From Gemmatimonadales bacterium (GTDB taxonomy: Bacteria > Gemmatimonadota > Gemmatimonadetes > Gemmatimonadales > GWC2-71-9): a DNA stretch of 64,000 nt. Below the pieces are notes generated by a model. It was not told the DNA's origin and did no database searches. It was given only the letters and a program-made list of their open reading frames with translations. Position numbers and translations under genes: made by a program. Position 1 is the first letter of the stretch; each line of letters starts with the position of its first letter. The DNA lies in contig JBBCJC010000002.1 of assembly GCA_037189525.1 (NCBI GenBank), positions 576,001 to 640,000 of the forward strand, in the 5' to 3' direction. Below, in pieces: positions 18,612 through 30,958 of the stretch.

Positions 18612-19607
18612 TCAGGCGTGGTCTGCCGAACGGGCAAAGTCCGCAAAGATCTCGGCCACCGGCTCGATCCGATCGATGGTGGCGACACTTTTTCCGGCCT
18701 GCCAGACGGCGCGAGCGGGGTCGTCGGCGCGGGCCTCGCCGGCAATCGAGGTTTTCTTGAGTTGGTAGAAGCCGCGCAGACCGTACCAGGCCCGGATCCA
18801 TTTCTTGGTCCGCCTGCCCCGGAAGAGCCGGCGCGCAATCGGGCCGATCCGGGTGCCGATCCGTTCGATGTACGGCGTGCGAATCACCGCAACCGGCACG
18901 CCGCTCAGCCGCTCGGTGTGCACGATGTCGTCCTCACGCGCGGCCAGGATGGCCTGTTTGTAGGCATCGCTTGCCGTGCACTCGGGAGTGGCGATCAGCC
19001 GGGTGCCGAGCTGGACGCCGGCGTATCCCATCCGGAGCGCGGCGGCGAACTCGGGGCCGGACCCGATCCCGCCCGCGCACACCACCGGCAAACCGAGGTC
19101 CTGCAATTCGGCCAGCAGCGCCTCGGGCGACCGCTCGCCCGAGTGGCCCCCGGCGCGCCGATTGACGGCGATCAATCCGTGGACGCCGCCGTCACGTCCC
19201 TTGAGCGCCCATTTGCGCTCGGTGACGTCGTGATAGACGATCCCGCCGAACGGGGTCACGGCCTTGACCACCCAGCGGGGATTGCCGAGTGATGTCACGA
19301 AGAATCGCACGCCCTCTTCCAGTGCCACGTTGACCCAGGTCACCATCCGTTCATGGTAGGACCGGGACGACGCTTCGATCAGCGCATTCAAACCGAACGG
19401 CTTGGTCGTGAGCGCCCGGATGGCGCGGAGCCCCGCCCGGTACTCGTGTCCATGGACATAGGTCAGGGAAATGGGCTGGACGATCCCGGTCCCGCCGGCC
19501 TCGGAGACGGCGGCAACCAGTTCGGCGTTGCTGCATGGATACATGGCTCCGCCGATGATGGGGAGCGCAATCCCGGCGTGCCGGGTCAGCGGCGTTTCGA
19601 GCGTCAT
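18612..19607 (-). CDS. nitronate monooxygenase family flavoprotein (second paralog)
   Basis: GGAMYPCSN, AAVSEAGG, RAGGHSG, CAGGIG, GVQLGTR, WQAGKSV. Confidence 0.88.
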   Translation of the reverse strand: MTLETPLTRHAGIALPIIGGAMYPCSNAELVAAVSEAGGTGIVQPISLTYVHGHEYRAGLRAIRALTTKPFGLNALIEASSRSYHERMVTWVNVALEEGVRFFVTSLGNPRWVVKAVTPFGGIVYHDVTERKWALKGRDGGVHGLIAVNRRAGGHSGERSPEALLAELQDLGLPVVCAGGIGSGPEFAAALRMGYAGVQLGTRLIATPECTASDAYKQAILAAREDDIVHTERLSGVPVAVIRTPYIERIGTRIGPIARRLFRGRRTKKWIRAWYGLRGFYQLKKTSIAGEARADDPARAVWQAGKSVATIDRIEPVAEIFADFARSADHA

Positions 19608-19671
19608 GAGCTGAATAAACTACCGGAGTCGGACCCCGAAGGGATGGCCTCGGGGTCCGGCAGGCTCACGG

Positions 19672-21993
19672 TCAATGGCGGTCGACCGTCCGGCGCAAAG
19701 CAATCCGCACGCCGCCGTTGACGGAACGGCCCTCGAGCAGGCTCCAGACATCGGTCGTCCACCGGCCCCCCTCGCCGCGGGTGGGGAGGACCAACGGATG
19801 AACCCGGGTCTGGCGAACGTTGGCCAGGTTCTCGCCGTTGATGAAAACACGAACCGAACCGAACTGCTGCTCAGCAAGCAATCCGACCACCAGATAGGGG
19901 CGGCTTTCCCGGCGATAGGGGTTCTGCTCGAGCGCCTGCTTCCCGGTGTAGTACAGCTCCAGGCCGATTCGGCTTTTCCCTTCGTCCTCCACACTCGCGA
20001 CCATGCCGACCGCGTGGCGTGGCGTGAGCGGGGTGACTCGGCGAAGACAGCTGCCGCTGCCGGCGCCGGGATCGCATTCGGTGCCCCGCAGATGGGTGTA
20101 GGTCGCGGTGATGCGAAGCGCGCGACCGCCATGGTGATCCGGCTCGGCGTCGGCATGCTCATCGCCCTCGTCGTCGTCGCCGTCCAACTGATGGACCAGC
20201 CTGACCAGGACTTCGCCGCCCCACATCCTGGTCGGTTCGCTCGCGTTGACCAGCTGCAGACGGCCGGCGCCGCCGGGCGCCGTGCCGATCGCCTCCTCGA
20301 CCTGAACCGGATGGCGCACCTGCGAGGCGAACAGGGTGCCGTTGAGTTCGAGTCTGCCCAGCGCCGTCGCGACCGGCCCCCCGATATCGAGCGACAGATT
20401 GCGAGCCCGTTCGGCAACGAGACCCTCGGGCGGAAGCAGCGGCGTCAAGCCGGTGACTTCGGTCACCTCCGTGAACGGCGTCGGGGCAAACGCACCCGTC
20501 CCGCCCGACAGTCGGGCCGTCCATCCTGCCCAGGCCGCGTCTTCGGTCGGCCGGCGCAACAGCAGCGAGACCCGCGGATTGAGAAACGTGCCGTACACGT
20601 TGTGCCGGTCGACGCGGCCGCTGGCCGACAGCGCAAGCCACGGAGCCGGGTCGAGGTCCACCTGCGCAAATGCCGCGGGAATAGTATGGGTGTAGTCGAA
20701 GGCGGGGACGTCGCTGGCCCGATACGCATCGCTCTGGACGGCCGCGCCGGCGACATAGGTGACCGGCCCTCGCGGAACGGTAATCGCTGCCTCCGTAAAG
20801 AAGGTCCGATGCCGGTCGTCTTCGCCGATGACGCCGAAGCGATGGGCATGCCGCTGCTCCATGGCTGAGCCGCGGACCGACACGATGGAGCCCTCCAGGG
20901 CGCCGGCCGGTACGACCCACCGGGCCAGGCCGCCCAGGTCGGCACGGTAGGTCCGCAGCGACTCCACGAAGGCCTGTCCGTCGGGCGCGGTCCGTCCCGT
21001 CAGCGTGCCGCCGTCGCGCTGTTCGGCGGTGAAGCCCGCGGTAATGAAGGCGCTCCGTCCGCGGTCGTCGCTGAAGTAGAAGCGGGGACGAACCACGGCG
21101 CGTCGATAGCCGGGCATGTCGGTCCAGCCGTCGGCGTCGAGGTCGTTGCGCGCCTGCCGATGGGCGCCGGCGAGCAGCGAGTAGCCCCAGCGCGAGGATA
21201 GGGGTGCCGCGCTGTAGAAGACCGCATCGGAGCCGCCCCGCGACGTCTGATTGAGGATCAGGGTGGCTTCCGGGTCGGTTCCGGGACGGCGTGAGATCAG
21301 GTTGACGACGCCCCCCAGCGCCGCGCTGCCGTAGAGCGCCGAGACCGAACCTTTGATGATCTCGACTCGACCCAGGTCGACGGGCGGAATCTGCAGCAGG
21401 CCGAGCCCGCCTGCCTGGCCCCCGTAGAGGGGGAGTCCGTCAGCGAGCAGCAGCGAGTAGCGGCCTGACAGTCCCTGGATTCGGACGTTGGCTCCGCCCA
21501 ACGAAGGCGACGTGGTCTGAACCCGGAGTCCGGCGGTTTCGTTGAGCATCATGGCGATGTCGCCGGGCGTCATCGCGATCTTCTCGCCGATCTCTTCCTC
21601 GTCGATGACCTCGACGCGGAGCGGCGTATCCTCGACCCGCCGCTCGCTGCGCGTGGCGCTGACGACGAGTTCGTCGAGTTCGGCCTGCAGGGTCTCGAGT
21701 GCGATGGTGAACGTCGTATCCTGTCCGCTCCGAAGCACGATGCTCGACGTGTCCGGCCGGAACCCGATGCGTGATACCATGACCGTGTGGTGCCCGGCAG
21801 GCAGGCGCAGTATCGCCCTGCCGTCCGCGTCGGTCTGGTGGACCTGGCGACCACTCCGTACCACGGCCGCCTCGACCGGACGGGCGTCATGTTCGATCCG
21901 GATGTGGGCGGTTGCGAGCGAGTCGACGCTCTGGGCGGACAGCAGTGTCGGAATCGCTGAGGAGAGGATCAGTGTGAGGCAGCCCAATCTCAC
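19672..21993 (-). CDS. TonB-dependent outer-membrane receptor
   Basis: ELVVSATR, plug motifs RIQG..GRY and [25 protein letters not shown], barrel end NGENL; start uncertain (GTG 21993). Confidence 0.88.
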   Translation of the reverse strand: MRLGCLTLILSSAIPTLLSAQSVDSLATAHIRIEHDARPVEAAVVRSGRQVHQTDADGRAILRLPAGHHTVMVSRIGFRPDTSSIVLRSGQDTTFTIALETLQAELDELVVSATRSERRVEDTPLRVEVIDEEEIGEKIAMTPGDIAMMLNETAGLRVQTTSPSLGGANVRIQGLSGRYSLLLADGLPLYGGQAGGLGLLQIPPVDLGRVEIIKGSVSALYGSAALGGVVNLISRRPGTDPEATLILNQTSRGGSDAVFYSAAPLSSRWGYSLLAGAHRQARNDLDADGWTDMPGYRRAVVRPRFYFSDDRGRSAFITAGFTAEQRDGGTLTGRTAPDGQAFVESLRTYRADLGGLARWVVPAGALEGSIVSVRGSAMEQRHAHRFGVIGEDDRHRTFFTEAAITVPRGPVTYVAGAAVQSDAYRASDVPAFDYTHTIPAAFAQVDLDPAPWLALSASGRVDRHNVYGTFLNPRVSLLLRRPTEDAAWAGWTARLSGGTGAFAPTPFTEVTEVTGLTPLLPPEGLVAERARNLSLDIGGPVATALGRLELNGTLFASQVRHPVQVEEAIGTAPGGAGRLQLVNASEPTRMWGGEVLVRLVHQLDGDDDEGDEHADAEPDHHGGRALRITATYTHLRGTECDPGAGSGSCLRRVTPLTPRHAVGMVASVEDEGKSRIGLELYYTGKQALEQNPYRRESRPYLVVGLLAEQQFGSVRVFINGENLANVRQTRVHPLVLPTRGEGGRWTTDVWSLLEGRSVNGGVRIALRRTVDRH

Positions 21994-22601
21994 GATTGTC
22001 TCCGGGCCAACCGCCACACGGTATGTACCCGGCACACTACGTTGCCCGCGGCGCTGAAGGCCGTCGGATCGGCGCCCGGAGATCCGGGCCGCATGGAATC
22101 GTGTCCTGCCATCGTAGAGGTCCCTGAAGTCGAAGGCCGAACGCTAAACCCTGAAGCAGGTGCAGGGTCAAGCGTTGCGGGGCTGGCGTCGGTGATTACT
22201 GTCTCGACGCGGATCTCGATTGGATCGGCCCCGACTTCCGGAACCGTGACGCGCGCCTGCGCGGTCAGCGTGCCGCGGGCTTTCTTGAGGTAGACGGCTC
22301 CGATCTCCGTTACGATGCCGCGGATGTCATCAGGCAGTGCCATCGTCATTGCCAGACCGCTCGTCAACTCACCCAGGTTGACCAGGGCAATGGCGTGAAT
22401 TGAATCGAGGTGGTTGCGGACCCGTCGACGATCCCGCAGCGTGGTTCGACAGTAGCCGGGCTCCAGCGCCCGAATCACGGCGCCGACTGATCCCGAGTAC
22501 GGCACGAATCGACCGAAGAGACGACTGAATAACCAGGGCCCGCCGGGCAGCGGAGCGAGCTTGTGCCAGAGGTTACTCAGGGTTCGGGAAGTGGAGGACA
22601 T
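21990..22601 (-). CDS. hotdog-fold thioesterase (DUF4442/PaaI-like) with a 45-aa insertion
   Basis: [35 protein letters not shown]. Confidence 0.8.
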   Translation of the reverse strand: MSSTSRTLSNLWHKLAPLPGGPWLFSRLFGRFVPYSGSVGAVIRALEPGYCRTTLRDRRRVRNHLDSIHAIALVNLGELTSGLAMTMALPDDIRGIVTEIGAVYLKKARGTLTAQARVTVPEVGADPIEIRVETVITDASPATLDPAPASGFSVRPSTSGTSTMAGHDSMRPGSPGADPTAFSAAGNVVCRVHTVWRLARRQS

Positions 22602-22681
22602 GAGGTAAAGATATGACGGCGTTACGCCGGGTCGTCGTTCGTCTGGGTTTTCCCTGGAATCGGCGCTATCCTTCAGGCAAT

Positions 22682-24487
<1,806 letters not shown>

Positions 24488-24535
24488 CGACGCCCCCGCT
24501 TTTGAGTCACGGCCGGCGGGACTAATTTCCGGCCA

Positions 24536-26842
24536 ATGGATGTCCTCCTCGCTCCCGCCGGCATCCGCCTCATCGGCGTCATCGTCCAGTTCGTTGCCGT
24601 CGTGCTCGTCGGCGTTCTGGTCATGGGATTACAACACCGGGCGGGAGACCGGGGTTACCTCCCGTGGTGGAACCGGGCCCTCGTGGCACTGCTGGTTTCC
24701 CTCCTCGCCATGGGGCTTCGCTACGGGCTCGAGTTCGGGCTGTCCAGCGGCGACGAATCACTGACTTCCGTCGTCGGCTTTCTGCCCACCGCCATCCATC
24801 ACGTTGCGAAGCTGTTGTTCGTCGGCTGGGTAGCCCTCGGCGTCATCATCCTGGCCCGCGAACACCCGGCCACCCGGATCGAGCGTTCGGTCGTTCCGGC
24901 GGTCGCGACCGTGATCGGGATCGCCGTGGCCGCGTTCAGCGATCGCTTCCAACCGTTCGTGATAGCCCAGGCGGCTGTGGCGGTACCCGCCGCGGGATTT
25001 GCTGCCTGGCGCTTGCTGGGGATCAAGGAGTCCAAGCGGGGTCTCGGAACGACCATCCTGCTGCTGGCGCTCGGCTGGATGGTGCTGTCGTATGGATTCT
25101 ACTGGGCCGGGATCGTCGTGGCGGACGGTCCGGCGGGCAGGATGGGCGGGTGGCTTGGCGTCCTCCTTTCGTACAGCGCGTTCATCGATACAGCCCAGGT
25201 AGCGGCCCTGGGCGTCGGGATGGCGCTGACGCTGGTCGAACAAGGCCACCGCGAGGAGAAGGAGACCGAGCAGGAGCGCGTGACCGATGCCACCACGGAG
25301 CAGGAGCGGATCACCGAAGTGCTGCGGGCGGCGCACGACGGTATCGTCACGCTTCGCGCCGATCGGACGATCGATCTCATGAATCGTGCGGCCGAAGCAA
25401 TGCTCGGCGTCGAGGCGACTCAGGTGCGCGGCCAGCCATTCGATCAGTTTCTCAAAATCGAGGCCGGCCGGCAGTCGCTCTGGAACCAGATGGCGGTCCG
25501 GACCCGGCGGTCCGAGGCCAACCCCGATGTGGCGGTCCGGCACGAATGCATCGGCTGGCGCGCAAACGGGGACGAGTTTCCCCTCGAAGTGGCTGCTTCC
25601 ACCTTCGGTGACGGCGCCGGCCGAGGCTGGGTGTTGGTCCTGCGCGACCTGACCGAACAGATCCGGGCCCGGCACGAGTATCATCGCATGCAGGACGAGC
25701 TGGCCCAGGCGGCCCGTCTCGAGGCGGTGGGGCGGATGGTCTCGGGTGTTGCCCACGAACTCAACAATCCGCTGACCGCGATCATTGCCTTTTCGCAGGA
25801 CCTGATGGCCACCGCTCAATCCGAGGAGGATCGCGAAGCTGTTACCACGATCAACCAGCAGGCGGAGCGCTGCCGGGTCATCGTGAGCGACCTGCTCGTC
25901 TTTGCGCGCAGCAGGCGGGAGGAGCGGCGGCGAATCGACCCCGCGGAGCTGGTGGCCCGCGTGACCCGGGTCTTCGAGCGCGAAGCGGCAGCTCGGCAGA
26001 TCGAACTCGACGTCGCCATTGCGCCGGACCTGCCCTCGATCGAGGTCGACGTTACCGGCATCGAGCAGGTGCTCACCAACCTGCTGACCAACGCGTTGCA
26101 GGCCTCGCCCGCGGGCGACACCGTCGGGGTCGGCGTGTTTACCCGGGACAGCCGAGTGGTTTTCCAGGTGGATGATGCCGGGCCGGGTATTGCGCCCGAG
26201 ATCATGCTGCGTCTCTTCGAGCCGTTCTTTACCACGAAACCCGAGGGTTACGGGACCGGACTGGGCCTTTCGGTGTCGCACGCCATCGTCGACCAGCACG
26301 GCGGCACCATTACGGCAGAGAACCGCCCGACCGGAGGTGCCCGATTCACGATCGAACTTCCGATGGTCGACCGTCGCCTGCCGCCATTGCTCCTGACGGC
26401 TCAGGAGGCCGAAATTCAGAACGCGTTGGCTGCCGAGCAACCGGGGCGGGTGCTGATCGTCGACGACGAGTCCTCGATTCGGAGCGCAATGCGCCGCGCG
26501 TTCGAGCGGCGGGGCTGGCTGGTCGACGAAGCTGCGGACGGCGGAGAGGCCTGGCTTCGAATCGAAGTGGGGGGCCGCGCGGTCGACTACGATGCCGTGG
26601 TGACCGACCTCCGGATGCCGGGTGTTTCAGGGATGGAGCTGTACGACAAGCTGCGGGCCCTCTATCCCGAGCTTGCCGCGCGAACCATCGTGATCACGGG
26701 AGACACCACCTCGCCCGGCGTGGTCGAGTTTCTCGAGCGGCTGGAAGCGCCGGTGCTGCAAAAGCCGTTCGACCTCCGTCGGCTGATCGATCTGGTGGGG
26801 CGGGGCCGGCAGGAGCGCCGGCGTGAGACGGATTTCGAGTGA
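24536..26842 (+). CDS. membrane hybrid sensor histidine kinase (multi-TM, PAS, HisKA, HATPase, receiver)
   Basis: GVAHELNNPL, QVLTNLLTNA, DAGPGI, FEPFFTTK, GTGLGLS; receiver LIVDDE, TDLRMP, KPF. Confidence 0.92.
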   Translation: MDVLLAPAGIRLIGVIVQFVAVVLVGVLVMGLQHRAGDRGYLPWWNRALVALLVSLLAMGLRYGLEFGLSSGDESLTSVVGFLPTAIHHVAKLLFVGWVALGVIILAREHPATRIERSVVPAVATVIGIAVAAFSDRFQPFVIAQAAVAVPAAGFAAWRLLGIKESKRGLGTTILLLALGWMVLSYGFYWAGIVVADGPAGRMGGWLGVLLSYSAFIDTAQVAALGVGMALTLVEQGHREEKETEQERVTDATTEQERITEVLRAAHDGIVTLRADRTIDLMNRAAEAMLGVEATQVRGQPFDQFLKIEAGRQSLWNQMAVRTRRSEANPDVAVRHECIGWRANGDEFPLEVAASTFGDGAGRGWVLVLRDLTEQIRARHEYHRMQDELAQAARLEAVGRMVSGVAHELNNPLTAIIAFSQDLMATAQSEEDREAVTTINQQAERCRVIVSDLLVFARSRREERRRIDPAELVARVTRVFEREAAARQIELDVAIAPDLPSIEVDVTGIEQVLTNLLTNALQASPAGDTVGVGVFTRDSRVVFQVDDAGPGIAPEIMLRLFEPFFTTKPEGYGTGLGLSVSHAIVDQHGGTITAENRPTGGARFTIELPMVDRRLPPLLLTAQEAEIQNALAAEQPGRVLIVDDESSIRSAMRRAFERRGWLVDEAADGGEAWLRIEVGGRAVDYDAVVTDLRMPGVSGMELYDKLRALYPELAARTIVITGDTTSPGVVEFLERLEAPVLQKPFDLRRLIDLVGRGRQERRRETDFE

Positions 26843-26879
26843 GGCGCGCAGAGGCGCCTCCGACTAGACTACGGGTGCA

Positions 26880-27632
26880 ATGACGCTTCTGGGTGGTGTG
26901 CTGGCGGGTCTGATCGGGATGGTCCTGGGTATTCTCGGGGCGGGCGGCGCCATTCTGACCGTCCCCGTGCTCGTCTATGTGCTCCATTACGACATCAAGG
27001 CCGCCGTGCCGATGAGCCTGCTGATCGTGGGCGTCGCCAGCATCGTCGGCCTGATTGCCTACCAGCGGATGCAGGCCGTGCGCTGGAATGCCGTCGTGGC
27101 GTTTGCCCCTTCGGCCATGGCCGGCGCGTTCGGCGGCGGCATGGCCGCTGCGCATATTTCGTCGCGTACGCAGATGATCGTGTTCGGGGCGCTCCTGCTT
27201 GGTGCGTCGATTGCGATGCTGGCGGGGCCGACCCCCGTTTCGGTCGAGACCGAACTGGCCGGGCCGCGGCGTTCATGGTGGCTGATTGCCGTGCTGGGCG
27301 CCGCGGTCGGTTTTCTGACGGGCCTGGTCGGCGTCGGGGGCGGCTTCCTCTATGTGCCGGTGCTGACCTTGCTGGGCGGTCTGGCGATCCGTCACGCGGT
27401 CGGCACCAGCCTCGCCCTCATCGTCGTGAGCTGTACCGTGGGTCTCATTACCCATCTTCGTCATGCGGCGCTCGATTTGAGCGCCGCTTTGCTTTTCATG
27501 ATTCCGATGGTGCTAGGTGCGCTGATCGGGACGCGCCTGGCCCCGCGCGTCTCGCAGCTCGTGCTGCGGCGGGCGTTTGCAGGGCTCCTCGTCACCATTG
27601 GTCTCATCGTTCTCGTCACTGTCGGCAGGTAG
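26880..27632 (+). CDS. TauE/SafE family sulfite exporter
   Basis: Duplicated motifs GILGAGGAILTVP and GLVGVGGGFLYVP; AVGTSL; highly hydrophobic. Confidence 0.9.
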   Translation: MTLLGGVLAGLIGMVLGILGAGGAILTVPVLVYVLHYDIKAAVPMSLLIVGVASIVGLIAYQRMQAVRWNAVVAFAPSAMAGAFGGGMAAAHISSRTQMIVFGALLLGASIAMLAGPTPVSVETELAGPRRSWWLIAVLGAAVGFLTGLVGVGGGFLYVPVLTLLGGLAIRHAVGTSLALIVVSCTVGLITHLRHAALDLSAALLFMIPMVLGALIGTRLAPRVSQLVLRRAFAGLLVTIGLIVLVTVGR

Positions 27633-27639
27633 GTATCAC

Positions 27640-29079
27640 ATGTTCTTTCGACGGATTGCCAACGACCATCTCTTTCAGTCCGGGTATCTGATCGGATGCC
27701 AGGCCAACGGAACCGCGCTGGTCGTCGATCCGACGCGGGTGATCGAACCCTATCTGGACGTTGCGCGCCAGGAGGGTCTCCAGATCGTCGCGATTGCGGA
27801 CACCCATATCCACGCCGACTATGTCTCCGGGATGCGGGAACTGGCGGCGGCCACGGGCGCCCGGATGTACCTCACGGGCGCCGGGCCGTCGGACTGGCAG
27901 TACGGTTTCCGCGATGAAAGCAACGTCACCGTGATCGGCGACGGCGATACCATCACGATCGGGAATATCCGTGTCGTGGCGAAGCACACGCCGGGTCACA
28001 CGCCCGAACATCTCAGCTTCCTGGTGACCGACGGCGCGGCCGCCGAGGAGCCGATGGGGATCGTGACCGGTGATTTCGTCTTCGTCGGCGATGTGGGCCG
28101 TCCGGACCTGCTGGAGCGCGCCGCGCACATTGCCGACACGGCGGAAGCCGGTGCGAGACAGTTGTTCCGCAGCCTGCAGTGGTTCAAGACGCTGCCGGAT
28201 CATCTGCAGGTCTGGCCCGGCCACGGCGCCGGCTCCGCCTGCGGCAAAGGCCTCGGTGCGGTGCCGCAGAGTACGGTCGGTTACGAACGGCGCTACAACT
28301 GGGCGCTCGGTACGGACGATGAGGAGATGTTCGTGCGTCAGGTGCTTGCGGGTCAGCCCGAGCCGCCCGGCTATTTCGGCCGCATGAAGGTGGTCAACCG
28401 TGACGGGCCTCGCGTGCTGGGCCGGCTGCCCGAGCCCGTGCTGGTGACAGCCGATACCATTGCAGATACGGCCGCCGCTCGGAAGGGCGTGGTGGTAGAC
28501 ACTCGGCCCGCCACCCACTTTGCCGCCGGACACATTCCGGGGTCGCTCAATCTGCCTTTGACCAAGAGCTTCACGTCCTACGCAGGGTCGGTGCTGCCGT
28601 ATGACCGGCCGCTCTATTTCATCCTTCCTGACGTCGGCGCTGAGGCGGTCCGGACGCTGGTCGAGTCACTGGTGGTGATCGGTTTCGAACAGCTGGTCGG
28701 CGTGGCTGACGACAGTGTGGTGGCCGAGTGGGCGTCGCACCGCGGTAGCCTGGCAACCGCGCCGTCGCAGGAGATCGAAACCCTTCGAAGCAAGCAGGAC
28801 GGGGAGGTTCTGGTCCTCGATGTTCGGAACCGGCCGGAGTGGGACGCCGGGCATATTCCCGGGGCGCGTTTGATTCCCCTACCCGAACTGACGAGCCGGC
28901 TCGATGAGCTGCCGAAGGATGCCCCGATCCGAGTGCATTGCCAGGGCGGAGCGCGGTCGGCTGTTGCGGCCAGCGTGTTGCGAGCCAACGGCTTTACCGA
29001 TGTCACGGATCTGAGCGGTGGCTTCGCATCGTGGATGGGACGTGGCGGCGCCGTGGAGCGCGGTCGAGGCGACGGGTAA
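27640..29079 (+). CDS. MBL-fold persulfide dioxygenase fused to two rhodanese domains (CstB-like)
   Basis: THIHADY, TPGHTPEH, GDVGRPDL, PGHGAGSACGK; C-terminal HCQGGARS. Confidence 0.88.
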   Translation: MFFRRIANDHLFQSGYLIGCQANGTALVVDPTRVIEPYLDVARQEGLQIVAIADTHIHADYVSGMRELAAATGARMYLTGAGPSDWQYGFRDESNVTVIGDGDTITIGNIRVVAKHTPGHTPEHLSFLVTDGAAAEEPMGIVTGDFVFVGDVGRPDLLERAAHIADTAEAGARQLFRSLQWFKTLPDHLQVWPGHGAGSACGKGLGAVPQSTVGYERRYNWALGTDDEEMFVRQVLAGQPEPPGYFGRMKVVNRDGPRVLGRLPEPVLVTADTIADTAAARKGVVVDTRPATHFAAGHIPGSLNLPLTKSFTSYAGSVLPYDRPLYFILPDVGAEAVRTLVESLVVIGFEQLVGVADDSVVAEWASHRGSLATAPSQEIETLRSKQDGEVLVLDVRNRPEWDAGHIPGARLIPLPELTSRLDELPKDAPIRVHCQGGARSAVAASVLRANGFTDVTDLSGGFASWMGRGGAVERGRGDG

Positions 29080-29120
29080 CCTGCGCAGAAGCCGAGCGGC
29101 GGCGAACCGCCGACGCTCGG

Positions 29121-30509
29121 TCAGTTCCCGGTCGGGTACCAGGCCCCGGGCCGCCCGACCAGCGCGGCGGCCGCCAGTGTCCGAGCCGTGTCTCGTACGC
29201 CGTGGATGCGAAGATAGTCGACGCTCCATCCCGCCAGACTCTGGCCGAGCGCCATCGTCTCGATTTCCCGATCGGATGGATCCCAGCAGGGATCGCCCTC
29301 GCGCTCGGCAAACAGGGTTTTCAGGAAGGATTTGCGCGAGTGGCCCACCAACAGGCGGACGCCCAGCTGGCGGAGTTCGCCCACCCGTGAAAGCAGCTGG
29401 ACGGTCTGCTGCGCAGTTTTCCCGAATCCGATGCCCGGGTCGATGATGATTCGATGGAGCGGAATGCCGGCCTGAACCAGTCGTTCGATCCGTGCATCGG
29501 CCCAGCGGAGAATCGAATCGACCGGGTCCCGATCCGTCGGTAGCACCAGATCCGGCCGGGGCGGGACGGACAGGCTGTGCATCACGACCAGGTCGCCGTC
29601 GAAGTCCCGCACCGCGTCGAGCATCGCGGGGTCATCGAATCCGCTGACATCATTGATCCAATCGGCTCCCGCCTCGACGGCGCGCCGTGCCGTGACGGCG
29701 TGGCGAGTATCGATCGAGAGCAGCGGCCCGGCGCCGCGGCTCCATCGCTGCCTCAAGCCGGCGATGACTGGTTCGAGGCGGTGCCACTCCAGGTCGGGAT
29801 CGACCGGCGCGGCGCCCGGGCGGGTCGACTCCGCTCCGAGGTCGATGACGGAGGCGCCATCGGCAACCAGTTGCTCCGCATGGCTGGTGGCTGCGGACGG
29901 TTCGATCCAGCGTCCCCCGTCGGAAAACGAATCGCCGGTGATGTTGAGGATCCCGACCAGTTCGGTGAGGTATCGCGCCACCCGGCGGGTCCGAAACGGC
30001 ACCGCGCCCGGATCTGCGCGCCAAGGGCGGGCCAGTTCTGCCGCCGTCACGGGCCTGCCGCCGGGTTCTGCCGAGAAGCTCCAGTCGGGCGCAATATCCG
30101 CGACGGGAAGGAGCACGAAGGGTCGCCGCCCCGCCTCGCGATGCGGCAACGTCAGGCGCGGTACCGCGAGGTCGACACCCTCGATGGCCAGCAGATCCAG
30201 GTCGATCCGTCGCGGCGACCAGCGCGGCCCACTTCCTCGGCCCAGTTGCAGTTCGATCTGTTTGAGCCAGTCGAGCAGATCGAGTGGCGCCGTTCTCGTC
30301 GTGCCCAGGACGGCAAGATTGAGATAGGGGATGTTCCATTCCGGCGGGGCATCGTCCGGCAGGAGCGCATCCGATTCATAGATCGGCGAGATGCCAAGCA
30401 ACCGAAAGCGATCGTCGGAGGCCTGGCCCAAGGCCCGTACGGCCCGGCGGAGATGGCCGATCCGATCGGGCACGTTCGAGCCCAATCCCAGCAGGACCCG
30501 CTGCGTCAT
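29121..30509 (-). CDS. folKP: bifunctional HPPK-dihydropteroate synthase fusion
   Basis: N-terminal LGLGSN, YLN, GR..RWSPRRIDLDLL, LPH, RPFVLLP; C-terminal GILNITGDSFSDGG, GAESTRPG, DPGIGFGK, GHSRKSF. Confidence 0.92.
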   Translation of the reverse strand: MTQRVLLGLGSNVPDRIGHLRRAVRALGQASDDRFRLLGISPIYESDALLPDDAPPEWNIPYLNLAVLGTTRTAPLDLLDWLKQIELQLGRGSGPRWSPRRIDLDLLAIEGVDLAVPRLTLPHREAGRRPFVLLPVADIAPDWSFSAEPGGRPVTAAELARPWRADPGAVPFRTRRVARYLTELVGILNITGDSFSDGGRWIEPSAATSHAEQLVADGASVIDLGAESTRPGAAPVDPDLEWHRLEPVIAGLRQRWSRGAGPLLSIDTRHAVTARRAVEAGADWINDVSGFDDPAMLDAVRDFDGDLVVMHSLSVPPRPDLVLPTDRDPVDSILRWADARIERLVQAGIPLHRIIIDPGIGFGKTAQQTVQLLSRVGELRQLGVRLLVGHSRKSFLKTLFAEREGDPCWDPSDREIETMALGQSLAGWSVDYLRIHGVRDTARTLAAAALVGRPGAWYPTGN

Positions 30510-30877
30510 GGCGCGATGGTGCGCCGGAGCGTGACCGACGCGCCGCCCTCGACGGCCGGAATCGGCGGCCGTTCCTTGGTGACCACCAGTGTCAGGGCGC
30601 TCCCGTCGGGTAGCAAATCGCCGAGTTCGTCGGCGATGGCCCCGGCGAGCCGCTCGATCAGTTTGAACGATCGCCCCGTGACGAGATGCTCGATCCGTTC
30701 GCAGACGGCGCCGTAGTCGACGGTGTCGTCGAGTGCATCGGTATGCACCGCGGCCGGCGTCGTGGGGAGGTCGATCGTCAGGTCGAAGCGAATCGTCTGG
30801 GGTATGGCGCGCTCGGCGTCGGTCCAGCCGATCGAGACAGGCAGCCGAAGGCCGTGAACGGCAATAGTGAAAGGCAT
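30506..30877 (-). CDS. folB: dihydroneopterin aldolase
   Basis: IGW...ER...Q, DALDDTVDYG, LIERLA, VTKERPP; ATGA overlap with folKP. Confidence 0.9.
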   Translation of the reverse strand: MPFTIAVHGLRLPVSIGWTDAERAIPQTIRFDLTIDLPTTPAAVHTDALDDTVDYGAVCERIEHLVTGRSFKLIERLAGAIADELGDLLPDGSALTLVVTKERPPIPAVEGGASVTLRRTIAP

Positions 30878-30958
30878 GGCGGCTCTAAAATAGCGCCGGA
30901 GTGCCCTCGACTACGCTCGGTGCGCATCAGGCCGGCGTCGGATGCGCGCGAAGACGGC

